Assembly: GCA_010356995.1 (NCBI GenBank)
Contig: ML996700.1
Location: 62,001 to 126,000, forward strand
From: Trichodelitschia bisporula
Lineage: Eukaryota
Reading direction: 5' to 3'
DNA: 64,000 nt
Shown here piece after piece: positions 38,715 through 51,051 of this stretch. Below the pieces are notes generated by a model. The model did not search any database and was not told the DNA's origin. It worked only from the letters and a program-made list of their open reading frames with translations. Numbering within the stretch: position 1 is the stretch's first letter; each line of letters starts with the position of its first letter. The position numbers and the translations under genes were made by a program.

Positions 38715-39670
38715 TCAAAACACACCAAAGCCGCCAGCGAACCACGTAAAAGACACAACGGTGATGGCGGCCATGCTGAAGAGGAAGCCGAGCAGTTGGC
38801 GTTCCATGGAGCTCATGGCTCCGCTGCAGGTCGGACAGTTGAATTCTAAGAGAATTAGCCCAGTGCCATTGGACACACAAGGCCAAACTTACCGCTCAAG
38901 GGGGTGTACGGCTGCGGCGTGTACATTCCGAAAGTGAACTGGTTGAACACGGCTAGATAGCCGGCCCTGGGGATGCTCGTGACGGCGCTGCCAGCGTCGT
39001 AGATCATCAGGGTGTAGGTGTTGGTCAGCAGCGGTTGGGTTGCCGTTGCTTGGTACTTTCCAGTATCCCAAATGATCTTGCCCGTCTCCGACACGGACTG
39101 GTTCATGGCGAGCGTGTAGGTAGCCTGGTTGCCCTTGCACGACGCCACGATGTTGATGGCCGACGGCGTCACCGATAGCGATGTGTAGTTCCAAGCAAAA
39201 GTCACAAAATCACCAATCTTGTAGTACTGCGCTCCAGAGAGGGGCGCGGGCGTGATCATTGAGATGCCGCCGGCAGGCAGGCGCGGATCGAACTCCGTCG
39301 TCGCAGCAGCCTCGGAATCCGTGGTGTTACCCTTGGACCCCGAGCCGGTCTGTGTAACTTTTTCGGATCCCGTAGTCTTGGAGCCTGTGCTGGCCTTGTT
39401 GGACGCGCTGGATGTCTTCGCTGCCGACGTGGCTTTGGTTCCCGAACTCGCTGCTGCTTGATCCCCTTTGTAACGTCAGCGTCTACTCAGGCCTAGAATG
39501 TTTCGCCTGTCACCATCATCCTGCCGCCGGAAAAGTCCCCATCCTCTCCGCTCTAGCACTGCGCGTTCGTGTGTTTTCTCCAGGCCACCGCTCACGTCTT
39601 GCGGCCACGGCCATGCGGCAGAGAGAAGGAAGAAGCTTGCTACCACCAACACTAGTTGATGAAGATGCAT
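38715..39670 (-). CDS. Conserved fungal secretory-pathway protein (signal peptide, S/T-rich linker, C-terminal TM), 3 exons
   Basis: FDPRLPAGGISMITP..YYKIGDFVTFAWNYTSL..FGMYTPQPYTPLS|EFNCPTCSGA plus a hydrophobic tail. Confidence 0.8.
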
Positions 39671-41463
39671 TGTGAAAGAATAGTGGCCCTACGTAGGGCG
39701 CGAACAAAGAATGTAAAAACTGAGAGACGGTGGGGAGGCTGGGGACCGAATGCCCTTGCAGGCGGGGAGCTGCGCGATGCAACACGTTGTCCGAGTGATA
39801 AGGGGCGGTTTGTGATGAACCTTGTTTTGGGGCGCCGAGCGATGGAGATGTCCACGATGGACAAGCGGCGAGGTCAAAACAAACACATCAAGCGAACGAA
39901 TTATGAGGGATTGAAGATGCTGCAGGTGCGAAGAAGGTGAGAAGGGTGTTTTGGCGGAAAGTGAGAGCGATGAGAACGAATGTGTGGTAGAGTACTGGGG
40001 GCGGTGGGGGGGGCGAAGTCCGGGCAAAGGAGAGAAGGGAGGGCAGGGGTAGAAACAATGAGGAAAGTGAGAGCCGCGTACAAGAAAAGTTGTCGGCCGG
40101 GGTAACGCACTATTGGGGCCGGGACTGGGGTTGTTCGTGCCTTGTAAAAGTCGAGGCTTGTAGTTGCATGGCTAGCTAGCATTGTGCAGGATTTGTGCAG
40201 CCGATGTGCAGAAAGGGCTGACATTCTCTCCTTATTCGTTTGCCTTGTGTTCCCCGATCCCTTGCTCTAACTCCATTAGGGTTGCCTGCGCCACGAATGC
40301 GATGCCAAAATTAGGTTAGAGTGGAACACATGAAGCTCTCCTTCTATCACCACCCAATCATTCCAGCATCATTCTCTCCGCTCCACTCTTTTCTTCGGCC
40401 TTTCTCCACCATACTTTGCGACTTCGTGACCTGCAGCCTGCACGTAACGCATGAGGTTATGAGGTAGCATTTTCTTCACTTACGTGTGCTTTCTGCTCGT
40501 CGGCCCCGCATTTGTTTCATCCGATCGGAACATCCGGCTGCGCATTCGTCCTCCCATTACGGCTCAATAACATATGCCTCGCCATGAACGTCGTCGCCCG
40601 GTGTCTTCTCCAGCGGTTCGAGGATGATGCCAACAACCTAAAGCTCTAAATGGCTCTCACTTGCCCTTTTATCAGCCATTTTTTCAGCATCAGATGTCTT
40701 GGAATCCTAAGCGTTGCTGCCCGTACAGCCGGCACGAAACAGGTTTATGCGAAGAGTCCACACTCTCCTCTACCTGTACATTTTCCAGCCTAGTGAACAT
40801 TCGACACTCGAGTATGAATATTCTGCAGCTCGCCGCCAATTCAAGCGCAATTGATCCGTCCTGCTGCTTCTTGCCGCCGTGATGTTTGCATTCTTGCCAG
40901 ATCTACTGTAGTACATACATACTGACATGGAAACTAGACCTCGCTCAGGCTTCCAGCTTCCGCCTGCGCCATGGACTCCCAGTCGCTGGCGGTGTGCGGA
41001 CATAATGCTGCTGGTTCCTCACTCCTTTAATTCGCTCTTTCGCCAGGTAATCAATCTGTTCAGATTCGGTCCTAGCATGCATTCAGACTCCACACCCACT
41101 CTTACGCCTCTCCCCATAGTCCACGTCTTCGGCGGAGTACTTCTTATCCTTCTGATATGCCGCTGATGCATGCAGTTTGCCGCATGTGCCTTGCATCGGA
41201 AACGGCTCATTCGCAATCACTTCTATCGCCCTGCATCTCGACGCTCGATGTGCATAGCAGATCCCATAGTGACCAGACTTCAATGGTCGGTGACTGCATG
41301 CGTGGTCTACCAGCAGAGTGTTTCCACGCAAGGAGTCGCGGCACCATCAGCTCTGCGATAACGCAGAATGGGCCCAGATGTTAAGTAGCGTCTCTCTTGC
41401 CCGAATCCTCCGATTTTTATCCATCTCCGTATCTTCCGTGAAGTATCGAGGCTCGTGGACAAA

Positions 41464-42444
41464 ATGACCCAGGACGACCCCTATCTCATTGGCCGCAGTC
41501 GCCAGGAGACTGAACGACTCAATCGCCAACACCAATTCTACCACAAGTATATACCTCCTGGATGAAGGCCTTCGCATGATTAACACGCAGAGAACCATTG
41601 GCTACCTCCTCCACCCAAGCATTACCTCGCATCTTGCAACGGTTCCCAACCCTCGCATCGCTGACGTCGCAACCGGCACCGGCATCTTTCTCCGCGAAGT
41701 AGCAAAGTCCCTCCCACCCACCGCCCAATTCGATGGCTTCGATATCTCGCCCGACCAGTTTCCCGCTCCAGAGACGGTCCCAAAAAACATGCGCTTCCAC
41801 GTTGTAAACGCCAAACAGCCATTCCCTGCCGAATTCATCGGCAAATTCCACGTCGTGCACCTGAGACTCCTTGTGGTAAGTTCGTCATCACCCATTATGT
41901 TCAGCCTACCAACCGACAGTGTGCAATGTGCTCCGTGGAAGACTGGACCACAGTCGCTCGCAACGTTATCGCCCTCCTCAAGCCCGGTGGAGCCATCCAG
42001 TGGACTGAAGGCCACTTCCGGGCCATGCTTCCCGTGTTACGCTCTTCGCCTGTCCCCGCGGGTACCAGCGCTCTCGATACTTTTATGGGACTTTGGATTA
42101 ATGCACCGGAGATGAAGGACAAGATGCCGCTCGACATTTCGAAGGCGTTTGGCTGTCTGCTCCGTGTGTTTAAAGAGCTAGGATTGAAGAGCGTGATGCG
42201 CGATGTGGTACCGTCGGACCGCTTGGGGGAGTGGGGCCGGAAGGAGGGGACGGAGGTCGAGTTGGCGCTCTTTGGGTCAGGGATGTCAAGGGAGGAAGAG
42301 AAGTTACTGAAGGGAATGGGGTTGGGGGATGAAGAGGTGCAGCTGTGGAAAGAGGTGTATCCGAAGGCAGTCCAGGAAAAAGAGGAGGGTGCATACGTGA
42401 TGTTCCCCATCCACGTCACGTTCGGTTTCAAGCCCAGTCGCTGA
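41464..42444 (+). CDS. Class I SAM-dependent methyltransferase (LaeA-like family), 3 exons
   Basis: ETERLNRQH, RIADVATGTGIFL, GFDIS, FHVVHLRLL, LLKPGGAIQWTE. Confidence 0.88.
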
Positions 42445-42849
42445 ATGTCCTGTGAGACTCGAACCTTGGGCTGGGTTGACCATTCTGTAGTCAGATTAGG
42501 CTATGTAAAGCCTATTCCGGCACCCATCGATCTGAGACCCCTGTGGCCTGATTATGCGGTGCACAACCCCAACATATCTCACCTCACTCCTTCCAGGCGA
42601 GCGACCACATGATCAATGCAAATATTTAGCAAGGGCATTTTGATGCTCTGATTGAAACTGCTGACTATACACAGAGGAATATCCATTATTCCCCACAGAC
42701 ATCCGGCCGGGCCGTCCGTCCCTTCCTTCTTCCACTCAACTCTCACCCCAAGCCCCAAGAAACGAAAACCCCGCTCCCATCGGCCAGCAAGCAAGCTCGC
42801 AGCCATCGATCCAATCTAGTTACAAGTTTCGACGTCCAGATGTCGCCAT

Positions 42850-43661
42850 TTAGTCCTGCTCCGCCGCATCGGCAGCCTTGACGTCCGCCGCCGCAGTCGC
42901 AGCTCCCGCACCACCGGCAGCACCAGCCGCAGCCGGCGCCGCCGCGCCCGCACCCTGCACCAGCTGCACGGGCATGCATCCGCCGAAGGGGCCTGCGCGC
43001 GCCGGGTTCTGGCAGCGCACCATGCAGACATTACTCTGGCCGGCGACAGTGCCCGTGCAAGTCTGGTCAGCGGGAATAGCGGCGGTGAGGGCCTGATCGT
43101 CGTTAACGTCTGCCGGAAAGGAATTGGGGGAGGAAGAGAGGACATACCTGATCCGACTTGGCCGTGGCACGGTTGTTCCCGTTGTTGCCCGGCGCCTGCG
43201 TCGTCACCTTAATGGCCTGCCAGTTGGTGCCCGTGCCGGTGGCGTCGATCATGCAGGTGTACGGCCCGGCGCCGTCGCCGTTGACCTGGTGCAGCGTCAT
43301 TTGCAGCTCGCCGCCCGCAGTGACCTGCGGCAGGGTGCCGCCGTTCTGCTGGAGGACGGCCTGGGTGCCGGCTTCGATGTCGTTTTCGCCGCCGCCGAGG
43401 GTCTGTCCGCAGGTCGCCTTGTTTTGGCCGCGGAAGCGAGTGCTGTCTTGCTGGAAGGGGTTGCGGCCGGTGCCGTCGCGGGGAGTGGCAGGGTCAACTG
43501 CAAATTGTTAGGAGGGTTGTGGGTGGGGATAGGAAGGACGTACTGCCGATGGCGCTGCCGGCACCACCCGCGTCACCGACGGCCTTGACGATGGCGCCGT
43601 GGCCAGCCACGAGGTTGGTGAAAGCCAGAATGGCGAAAGCGATGGGAGTAGAGAAGTACAT
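42850..43661 (-). CDS. Egh16/GAS1-like (DUF3129) secreted protein, 3 exons
   Basis: Signal peptide followed by [32 protein letters not shown] and [17 protein letters not shown]. Confidence 0.9.
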
Positions 43662-46600
43662 CCTGCCGGCAGGTAATTTGAATTTGAAAGGATAGTTTGG
43701 GGTTTGGGTAAGAGAGTGAGAGTTGAAAGTGAAAGAAGCGAGGAAAGAGACGAAGGCCTGTTCGTTTGCTGTGAAGATCTTGCTACCGGAGCTGATGATG
43801 TTCAATTCCACGAGAATGTCCCCGATCTTTATACTCGCTCCACACCGGTTCATAACCGCCTATGTCCTCGCCTTCCAAACTCCGCCCAGCAAGGAGTCGT
43901 CGCATACTATGCTCCCTCTCACATCCCCACCTCACCAGCCTCCGTCCCACAACACCACCTCGCCCGTACCCCGCGCAACACAAACGACCGGCACGATCGC
44001 CAGTGGCCACAGCGCAGAGCCGCTGGAACTCGCGCCTACTTGGCAGGGTCAGCAGCTGGCGCCGGGAGGTAGGATCCGACCAAGCGGGGCCGCAAGGCGC
44101 GCATGAGCCGCAGCGCCCAGCGGTACCTTGAGTGCTTGGCTGAGGGAAGCTCAGCATGTGGTGCGGCCGTTGTACCGCTTACCGGGACCACATAGTACCT
44201 CTCGTGTCGTAAACGGGACGCAAACCTGGGACGGGAGGCCGGGTGGCGGATCGCTGTGCGCGGACTGGATGCCCAGCGCAGCGAAACAAACCGGAAGTTT
44301 TTGCTTATGCGTTCGACTTCTGACGCAGTTGCTGCGCGAGAATGGGGGGCGCGAGGCCCGATGCGGGTTAGGGAAGGGTGTGCCACGCTCCACGCTTTTT
44401 CCCTTTCTAGGCGCGGTGTTGGGTTTTGGGAGGATGGGTTTACCCGTACGGTGTTACGGGCGGGAGGCGCGACGTGAAGGGCGCGAGTGCAATGGAGTCT
44501 CAGCGGAGGAAACGTTACACTGGGCGATTGGTTGCCGCGCAGCAGAAACGGAGCCCGGAGACCCCCAAAACACGATGAAAACAGGGGTGAACACTTGCGA
44601 TGTCATTGTGGCTTGGAAGTAGTGGAGGAGACTGCGGCGTCTGTTGGAAAGACAGTGAAGAGAATCAAGCATGATTGAAGATTTTGTTCCAAGTGCTCTC
44701 TGCATATTCAGCCTTGCTCCAGTCTTAGAACTAGTTCATCGATCTACCGTCTTTACCTCACTTGGTGCCAAAGTTAGTTGCAACGACGTCGGGTGGGGAT
44801 AAACGTTGAGCCGAGTGTTTTCCTCCGACTTCACCAAATGACAAGGACCAACCCCTTGAAGGCCAAGAAAGGCTTAGGCGCCGTCTCAACCCCGCAAAAT
44901 ACCCAAGAGCCTCACGGTCTGCAGGTCCAAGTGCATGCTCACACAGGTACAAGTTTAGATGTTTGATCGGGCCAAATTGACGCCACGATCCAAGAGCAGA
45001 CGCGCCAACATCCCCTAATAGAACTCTGCTGATGAAATCCACGATGAGGAGTACGGGTACTGCCGAAGGGAACCGCCTCTGCAAAGAAGGAGTCCGGAAT
45101 TCCTTGGAAGCCATGGTTCTGGCACACATTCCAAGAGCGATGCGGATACCGGTGTCTCAAACATCAAGCAGCGCAAGTCTTCGCGAGGCCTCACCCCTTC
45201 CAAGCTCCTGGGGAAAATCTTGTTTGTCTCGACTGCCGAGTCCGCGGTGACGCGCTGAGCATCGTTAAGCATCCTCTGTGCGACTACAGTAACGTCCGTA
45301 ACTGATCGGCCCGACGGCCTCAGGAGAGTTTTGAAGACGATCCTCCGCAAATTCGAGTCGGAGCTTGGCGAAGCTTGAAACTTGTAGGCTTGTCTTGCCA
45401 TATGATCGCATTGAATCTCCTGCGAGAATCGTCGTAACCGTGCAACAGGCCACTGCTAGCGACGCAGATGACTAGTGCTATGATATCCTCGGGGTTCATA
45501 TGAGGTAAGAAGAACCCCAAACCTAGTGGCATCGTGAGCCGCCGGCTAAGTTTCCTCTCGTTGGGCGCGCGGCTCGTTTGGCATGCTGAGTTTCGCAGCA
45601 TTAGCCAAGTTGCTCCAAGCACCCCCTCGTGAGCCTTGCAATAGAACTAGCTCACGGACACCGCGAGTACGCACACGCGCGAATAGGGGAGAAACAATAT
45701 GCGCCTTCCTTTGGCCAAGGATCAAACTGAGAGTATGGCAAGGTTTGATGGATCTTGGCTTTCCTCGAGGACTTTGGATGATGGTGTCCAGGTCCATGCG
45801 ACTGGGAAATGTCCATGCTTGCCTTGCTGTCCCACTGCGGTAGGAGATGGCATAGACTTCTCTGCTCATATGGCACTTGCAAGGCCGAGTAATCGGCCAG
45901 TGAAAGACGTCGCACGGAGCCCCGAACGCCAGCCCTATCAACAACGCATCATCCAACAGCGCACGTCCGATCAACGCCATCACTCATATATCTCAAGCAT
46001 CAAACTTCCAACGCGCCTGCTATCAAAATAATAGCCATTGACTACAATGTGGCTCTTATCCATTGTGCCAACAACCCTTTTGCATCATTCCTAAGCACAT
46101 TCGTTTCCTCAATTCATAACATCGGCTGTCACAAGGTGCATTTGGTCACACGGGAGCACCGGTTATCATCATAGATCGAAGTATGTAATGGCTCTTACGA
46201 CTTGGAGTTCCTAGAAGAAGGAGTGTCCCACTCCGGTGAAGTATACCGTGCCCAGAACGCTCTTTCGAAAATGCACCACCAACAAGGCAAGAAGCCCACT
46301 CTGGAAGACATCTCCGATTTTACAAGTATCTCATGAACACTGGATACTAGGACTAACGCAACGAACAGAAGATTGACCGGCCCCGCTCGACACCGCATAC
46401 TGGGGCTGGCCCAACGAGTAGAAGATTGATCAGCTCCGCTTGACGCTGGAGACTGACACTATCCCAACGACCAGAATATCAACTAGGTTCCTTCTCGACG
46501 CCAAACCCCAATATCACACGTCCACCATATGCCTCGTTAAGCTTGAAGATGTGTTCGGAGACAGGCTTCTTGCTTTATTGGTAGTGCAGTTTCGAACTCG

Positions 46601-46742
46601 CCTGCTGGGCGCGGCATGGCTATCCAAAGTGGCGTTCTCCCTCTTCGCTCGTGAAGTCGTAAGAGCAGCCGCGTTCTTCGATCTGAGATGACAGCCGTAC
46701 CGCCTGAGCTAAGCTAAGGCGCGTCATCGTCTATGACACATT

Positions 46743-47240
46743 CTACTTTTCGGAGGGGGCAGGTATGTGTCCGAGGCGAATTTGGATATGAAGAGTGTCC
46801 AGGTACTCCACGGATCGCGGACTCTCTTGAGATTTGGCACGTTGACAGTTAGCTATTGAGAATCCGGAGTCTCCGGTGCTGGGGCTGGGGGCCGGCGCGA
46901 GAGCCGGAACCGAGGACGCGAGATAAAGGTCTAATACTCGCATCCCATTTTGGTAATTCTTCATCATGAAGATGCGTTGGCTCTCTCGGTGGGCCTGTGG
47001 TGCCTTGTTCCACTGTTCGACGTCGACAACCAACTGATCGACGACGGCTTTCTGGTGTTTGACGACATCACTCCGGTTGAGGGTGACATCATTCCGTTTG
47101 ATAGCGGCCGCATTTCTTTGGATGCCAACAGCAATCTCTTTGAGAGCTGCTTTTATTTGTGCCCGTCTCTTCATGCGACGAAACTCTTCAGCACTTTCTT
47201 TGTTAAGGGGTCGAGGTAGCTGCTGGGTTTTTATCTGCAT
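46743..47240 (-). CDS. Possible orphan protein (165 aa, helical/charged)
   Basis: ATG-initiated ORF with protein-like composition and no recognisable family. Confidence 0.35.
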   Translation of the reverse strand: MQIKTQQLPRPLNKESAEEFRRMKRRAQIKAALKEIAVGIQRNAAAIKRNDVTLNRSDVVKHQKAVVDQLVVDVEQWNKAPQAHRESQRIFMMKNYQNGMRVLDLYLASSVPALAPAPSPSTGDSGFSIANCQRAKSQESPRSVEYLDTLHIQIRLGHIPAPSEK

Positions 47241-48282
47241 TTTGGCCGTACAAGGAATAGATTGGTGATGAGTTGCACGGGTAACATGAAAGAGGTATCA
47301 AATCGATTTGATGCCACAGCTCAAAAACTACCAAACGAAATGGGAAACTGATTATCGCAATGGATGCAACTTGCGTTGAGCTTCACTCATCCTTATATTG
47401 TCTCGCTCTCTTCCACACCGCTTTTTCTCTGTGGATTGCCGAAGGCCGTGCTAGCGGAAAAACAACTCCACATTGGAGTTGTTTAGATTGGAGCCTGGGG
47501 CGGTTCACAGGCGACGATTAGCTTGTAACTGTCCTCTGTCAGGCCCAAGGACCGATCCCGACTCAACTGGTCTTCACGTTCGTGCTGCGGCGCTTGAGTG
47601 GCCCCGCCTGCATCCTGGCCGAGCCTCCTTCGATCAGGGCGCCAGTGAGTCCCATCATAATGCAGTTCTGGGTCGCCGCAAACGGAGCGACGTGGCTACT
47701 GATGCCTGGCCCCAGGAACCATACAGCATGAACTGGTAAAGAGACCGATTGGGAGGACGTTGGGGAAGATCAACACGGAATTGAGTGACGACAACGAGTA
47801 GTCTGTCAACCACGTTTCCCCGGATGCATTGGAGACAGTTTCCCTGGGACGAAGTGGTAGCGACTGAACACGACCAGCCAACCACACTCCAGTTCCTGCG
47901 GATGTCAAAGATATCGTCCACTCATCGACGTGAGCATTGGTGCACGGCATGCGGCGCCATCACCACATCCTCTCTGTGAGTAGAGCGTATTCTGGTGCTG
48001 CTACTGATGAATCCTTGATGGGATACTTCGCACATATATTCCAGCCGAGTAGGCGATCCATCGGACTTGCAATGCTTGTCAACGTCGACTATAGAGCGTA
48101 GCCCGATGCTAAGCTATTATGATGTGAGGTGGAATTCCGGAAGCCTCGAGTGAGATGCTAATCAGGTCAGTGGTTAGCTCGACTTGCGGTAAGGGAATTG
48201 AGGTTTTAGACCTGCGAAGCTTCCGATGCGAGTTGTCCCTGGGTCCTGTCCTGCATGAAGCAAAAAGAGAAGAATAGGACAG

Positions 48283-48287
48283 AAAAA
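48283..48287 (-). terminator. RNA polymerase III T5 terminator
   Basis: TTTTT immediately 3' of the tRNA discriminator base. Confidence 0.8.
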
Positions 48288-48387
48288 TGATTCAGCCCGG
48301 ACTCGAACCGGGGACCACTTGTGTCCGACATCTCTCAAGCTAAGAAAGGTGTTAGACAAGTGTGATAACCAACTACACCACTGAACC
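48288..48387 (-). tRNA. tRNA-Val (anticodon AAC) with 26-nt intron
   Basis: Acceptor stem GGTTCAG/CTGAATC, A-box TGGTGTAGTTGG, anticodon stem CTTGT/ACAAG with loop CT-AAC-A, intron 48324-48349 after position 37, and T-arm CCCGG-TTCGAGT-CCGGG. Confidence 0.95.
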
Positions 48388-49038
48388 AATCAGATTGTTG
48401 GAAAGTGATCCGAAAGTCGGTATTTGATATGCCTCGATTTGACTTGGATGATGTCCTCTGGCCGTCTGGGGACCCAGGGCACGATGCTGTACCACTTTAC
48501 CGTAGATGCTTAACTTCTGTACGAGGGTACGTTGGTAAGATGTCCATGCAAAATGACGAACATGATGACGGACAGGCAGATCGGCGGTTGGGTACAAGCC
48601 TTGCCAATGCGATGCATCTGTAGCCCGTCGAATCCCAGCTGCTGGTTCGATGGGATTAAAGAATTGCATGGATGTGGCGGCCATGCGATTGCGAGGTCTC
48701 ATCTCAGCACGGGGATAGCTTTACGACAACGTAGACATAATCGTGAACAAGTCGGCATTTTACAAGATGCAGAGCATTTCCTGAGTCCGTATACGTGTCT
48801 TCAATGGCATGCCGCGCGTCACGTCCGTTATCTTGCCGTATTTCATCACTGTGCAAGAGCAAGTGCAAGTCTGCAAGGCACAAACGTCATCGCCCGGGGT
48901 GCTGCGCCACATGCACCATCTCGCTTGAAGGTGTGGAGGTCGCGGTCACGTAGACCTCCCCCCAACCCATTTAACCTTTTGCATTCTCCCATTGTCCGTT
49001 CTCCTTGCCTTCCCACCTCTCCACTCAGTATTATCGCC

Positions 49039-50336
49039 ATGTCTGACTCAAAGGGTGAAGCTTCTGCTGTCCCGGCCGCCTCGAAAGGCTCGTGGTCCTC
49101 GTTCCTCAAGGTTTTGTTTCCCGCTCTGTGCACCCCGCGTCCCGAATGCTAACCGCCCGCCCACCGCGCAGTCTATAACCTCCTTTTCTGGCGATCTATC
49201 TTCGCTCACCGCCCCACCTTTTATTCTCAGCAGCACATCACTGGTCGAGTATTCCTCCTACTGGGCCGAGCACCCCTCCCTCTTCGTCGCCCCAGCCCAC
49301 GAGCAGGACCCTGCGAAGCGCGCCCTCCTCGTACTCAAGTGGTTCATCAGCACGCTGAAGCAGCAGTACTCTAGTCGCAATGAGAGCCTGGGCAGCGAGA
49401 AGAAGCCTCTCAATCCCTTCCTGGGTGAACTGTTCCTCGGTCGCTGGACTGATGCCGCTGGCACCACGGAGCTCGTGAGCGAGCAGGTCAGCCACCACCC
49501 GCCTATCACGGCCTATTCGATTTCGAACAAGGAGCATGGAGTGCGCCTGCAAGGCTTCTGTGGACAAAACGCCTGGATATCGCGCTCGCTGACTATCAAC
49601 GTCAAGGTGTGTGGTCCCCGCCGTTCGATTCAGCACTTCTAACATTCCGCAGCAAGTCGGCCACGCCATTCTGCACATCGATGCATTCGATGAGGATTAC
49701 CTGATCACGCTGCCGCCTCTTCACATCGAAGGCCTATACAGCGGCTCCCCGTTTGTGGAGCTGGAGAAATCGACCTACATCCAGTCCTCGAGCGGCTACA
49801 CGGCAAAGATCGATTACAGCGGCAAGGGCTGGCTGTCAGGCAAGAAGAACTCTGTGACAGCAACGTTGTACCCAGAGGGCCGCGAAAAGGAGCCGCTGTA
49901 CACGATCGAGGGGCAATGGACCAATACCTTCATCATCAAGGACGCGAAGACAAAGAAGGAAGTCGACAAGTACGACTCGCGTGCTTCCCCCACCACGCCC
50001 CTCACAGTCGCCCCGCTCGAGGAGCAGGACGAGCTCGAATCACGTCGCGCCTGGGCCAAGGTTGCCAAGGGCATCGCAGCCGGTGACATGGACGTCACCC
50101 AGCGCGAGAAGACCTTGATCGAGGAGAGGCAGCGTGAGATGCGCCGCAAGGAAAAGGAACAGGGCCGGGAGTGGCAGCGCACTTTCTTCACACGCGTTGA
50201 GAGTCATGCTGTTTTCGAGCGGCTGGCGGGTAAGATTGGAGAGAGCTTGGATGTCGACAAGACGGGGGGAATCTGGATGTGGGATGCTGAAAAGGCGGCT
50301 AAGGCGAAGAAGCCGTTCGGGGAGCAGAAGTACTAG
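49039..50336 (+). CDS. KES1: Oxysterol-binding protein homolog Osh4/Kes1, 3 exons
   Basis: [40 protein letters not shown] and signature EQVSHHPP. Confidence 0.93.
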
Positions 50337-51051
50337 GTGTGCTTGCTTTTATTCGTTAGATGCGTTCCGGGTACGGAGGGTGGTGTTTTGGGGGTCGTGA
50401 CTGCACCTTTACGTGTGTTAGTATGCTTATTATGAGCTCTGAACGGCCGTGTCGTATGATACGACGTAGATGAGTTGGGTTAATGTTAGTCAAGGATAGT
50501 TTTTACGCGTCACTAGACCAATACGGCGTATATGGGTCCATAATGGCACTGACCCAGGCCGGCGCCGCTTTTAAAGCACACCGTGTTCAAGAGGTAATGC
50601 ATGGATTCCAGCGCAAGCCTTACAGCTCACCGCGTGTTGGAATACGAGTACACTACCGCTACTGCAAGTATCGACTTCGCAGTCCCCACTCTGGCCACAC
50701 GCCATCCGTTCCCCTAAGCTGTATTGCAGTACCGCATGCCCCATCCCACAGGCCGCCTCCCAAAAACAAAACCCTATCCTCAGGTACACATCGGTCCACG
50801 AGGCAATAACGAAGATCCCAAAAAATAACAAGTCCACGCCAGCACCGACCCCGATCCAGCCCATCGCATCCGCATCGCAGTGCAAAGCCAACCCGTGCAG
50901 CAAAATTACAAAGCAGAAGCCCGTTTTCGCCCATCCAAAAAGAAGGAGGGGGTGGAGGAAGTCCGAGTCGCGCCAATGGCCGTCAACCCGATTTCTGACT
51001 ATAAGATCCCTTGAGTCGCTCGTTCACTCACGAAGAATAATTGGCCATGAA

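Noticed and set aside
41464..43661. Methyltransferase plus neighbours as a secondary-metabolite cluster
   Set aside because: No PKS, NRPS, terpene synthase, tailoring set or cluster regulator is present in the window.
48324..48349. tRNA intron as an unusual feature
   Set aside because: It has the canonical 37/38 position and an ordinary length for ascomycete tRNAs.
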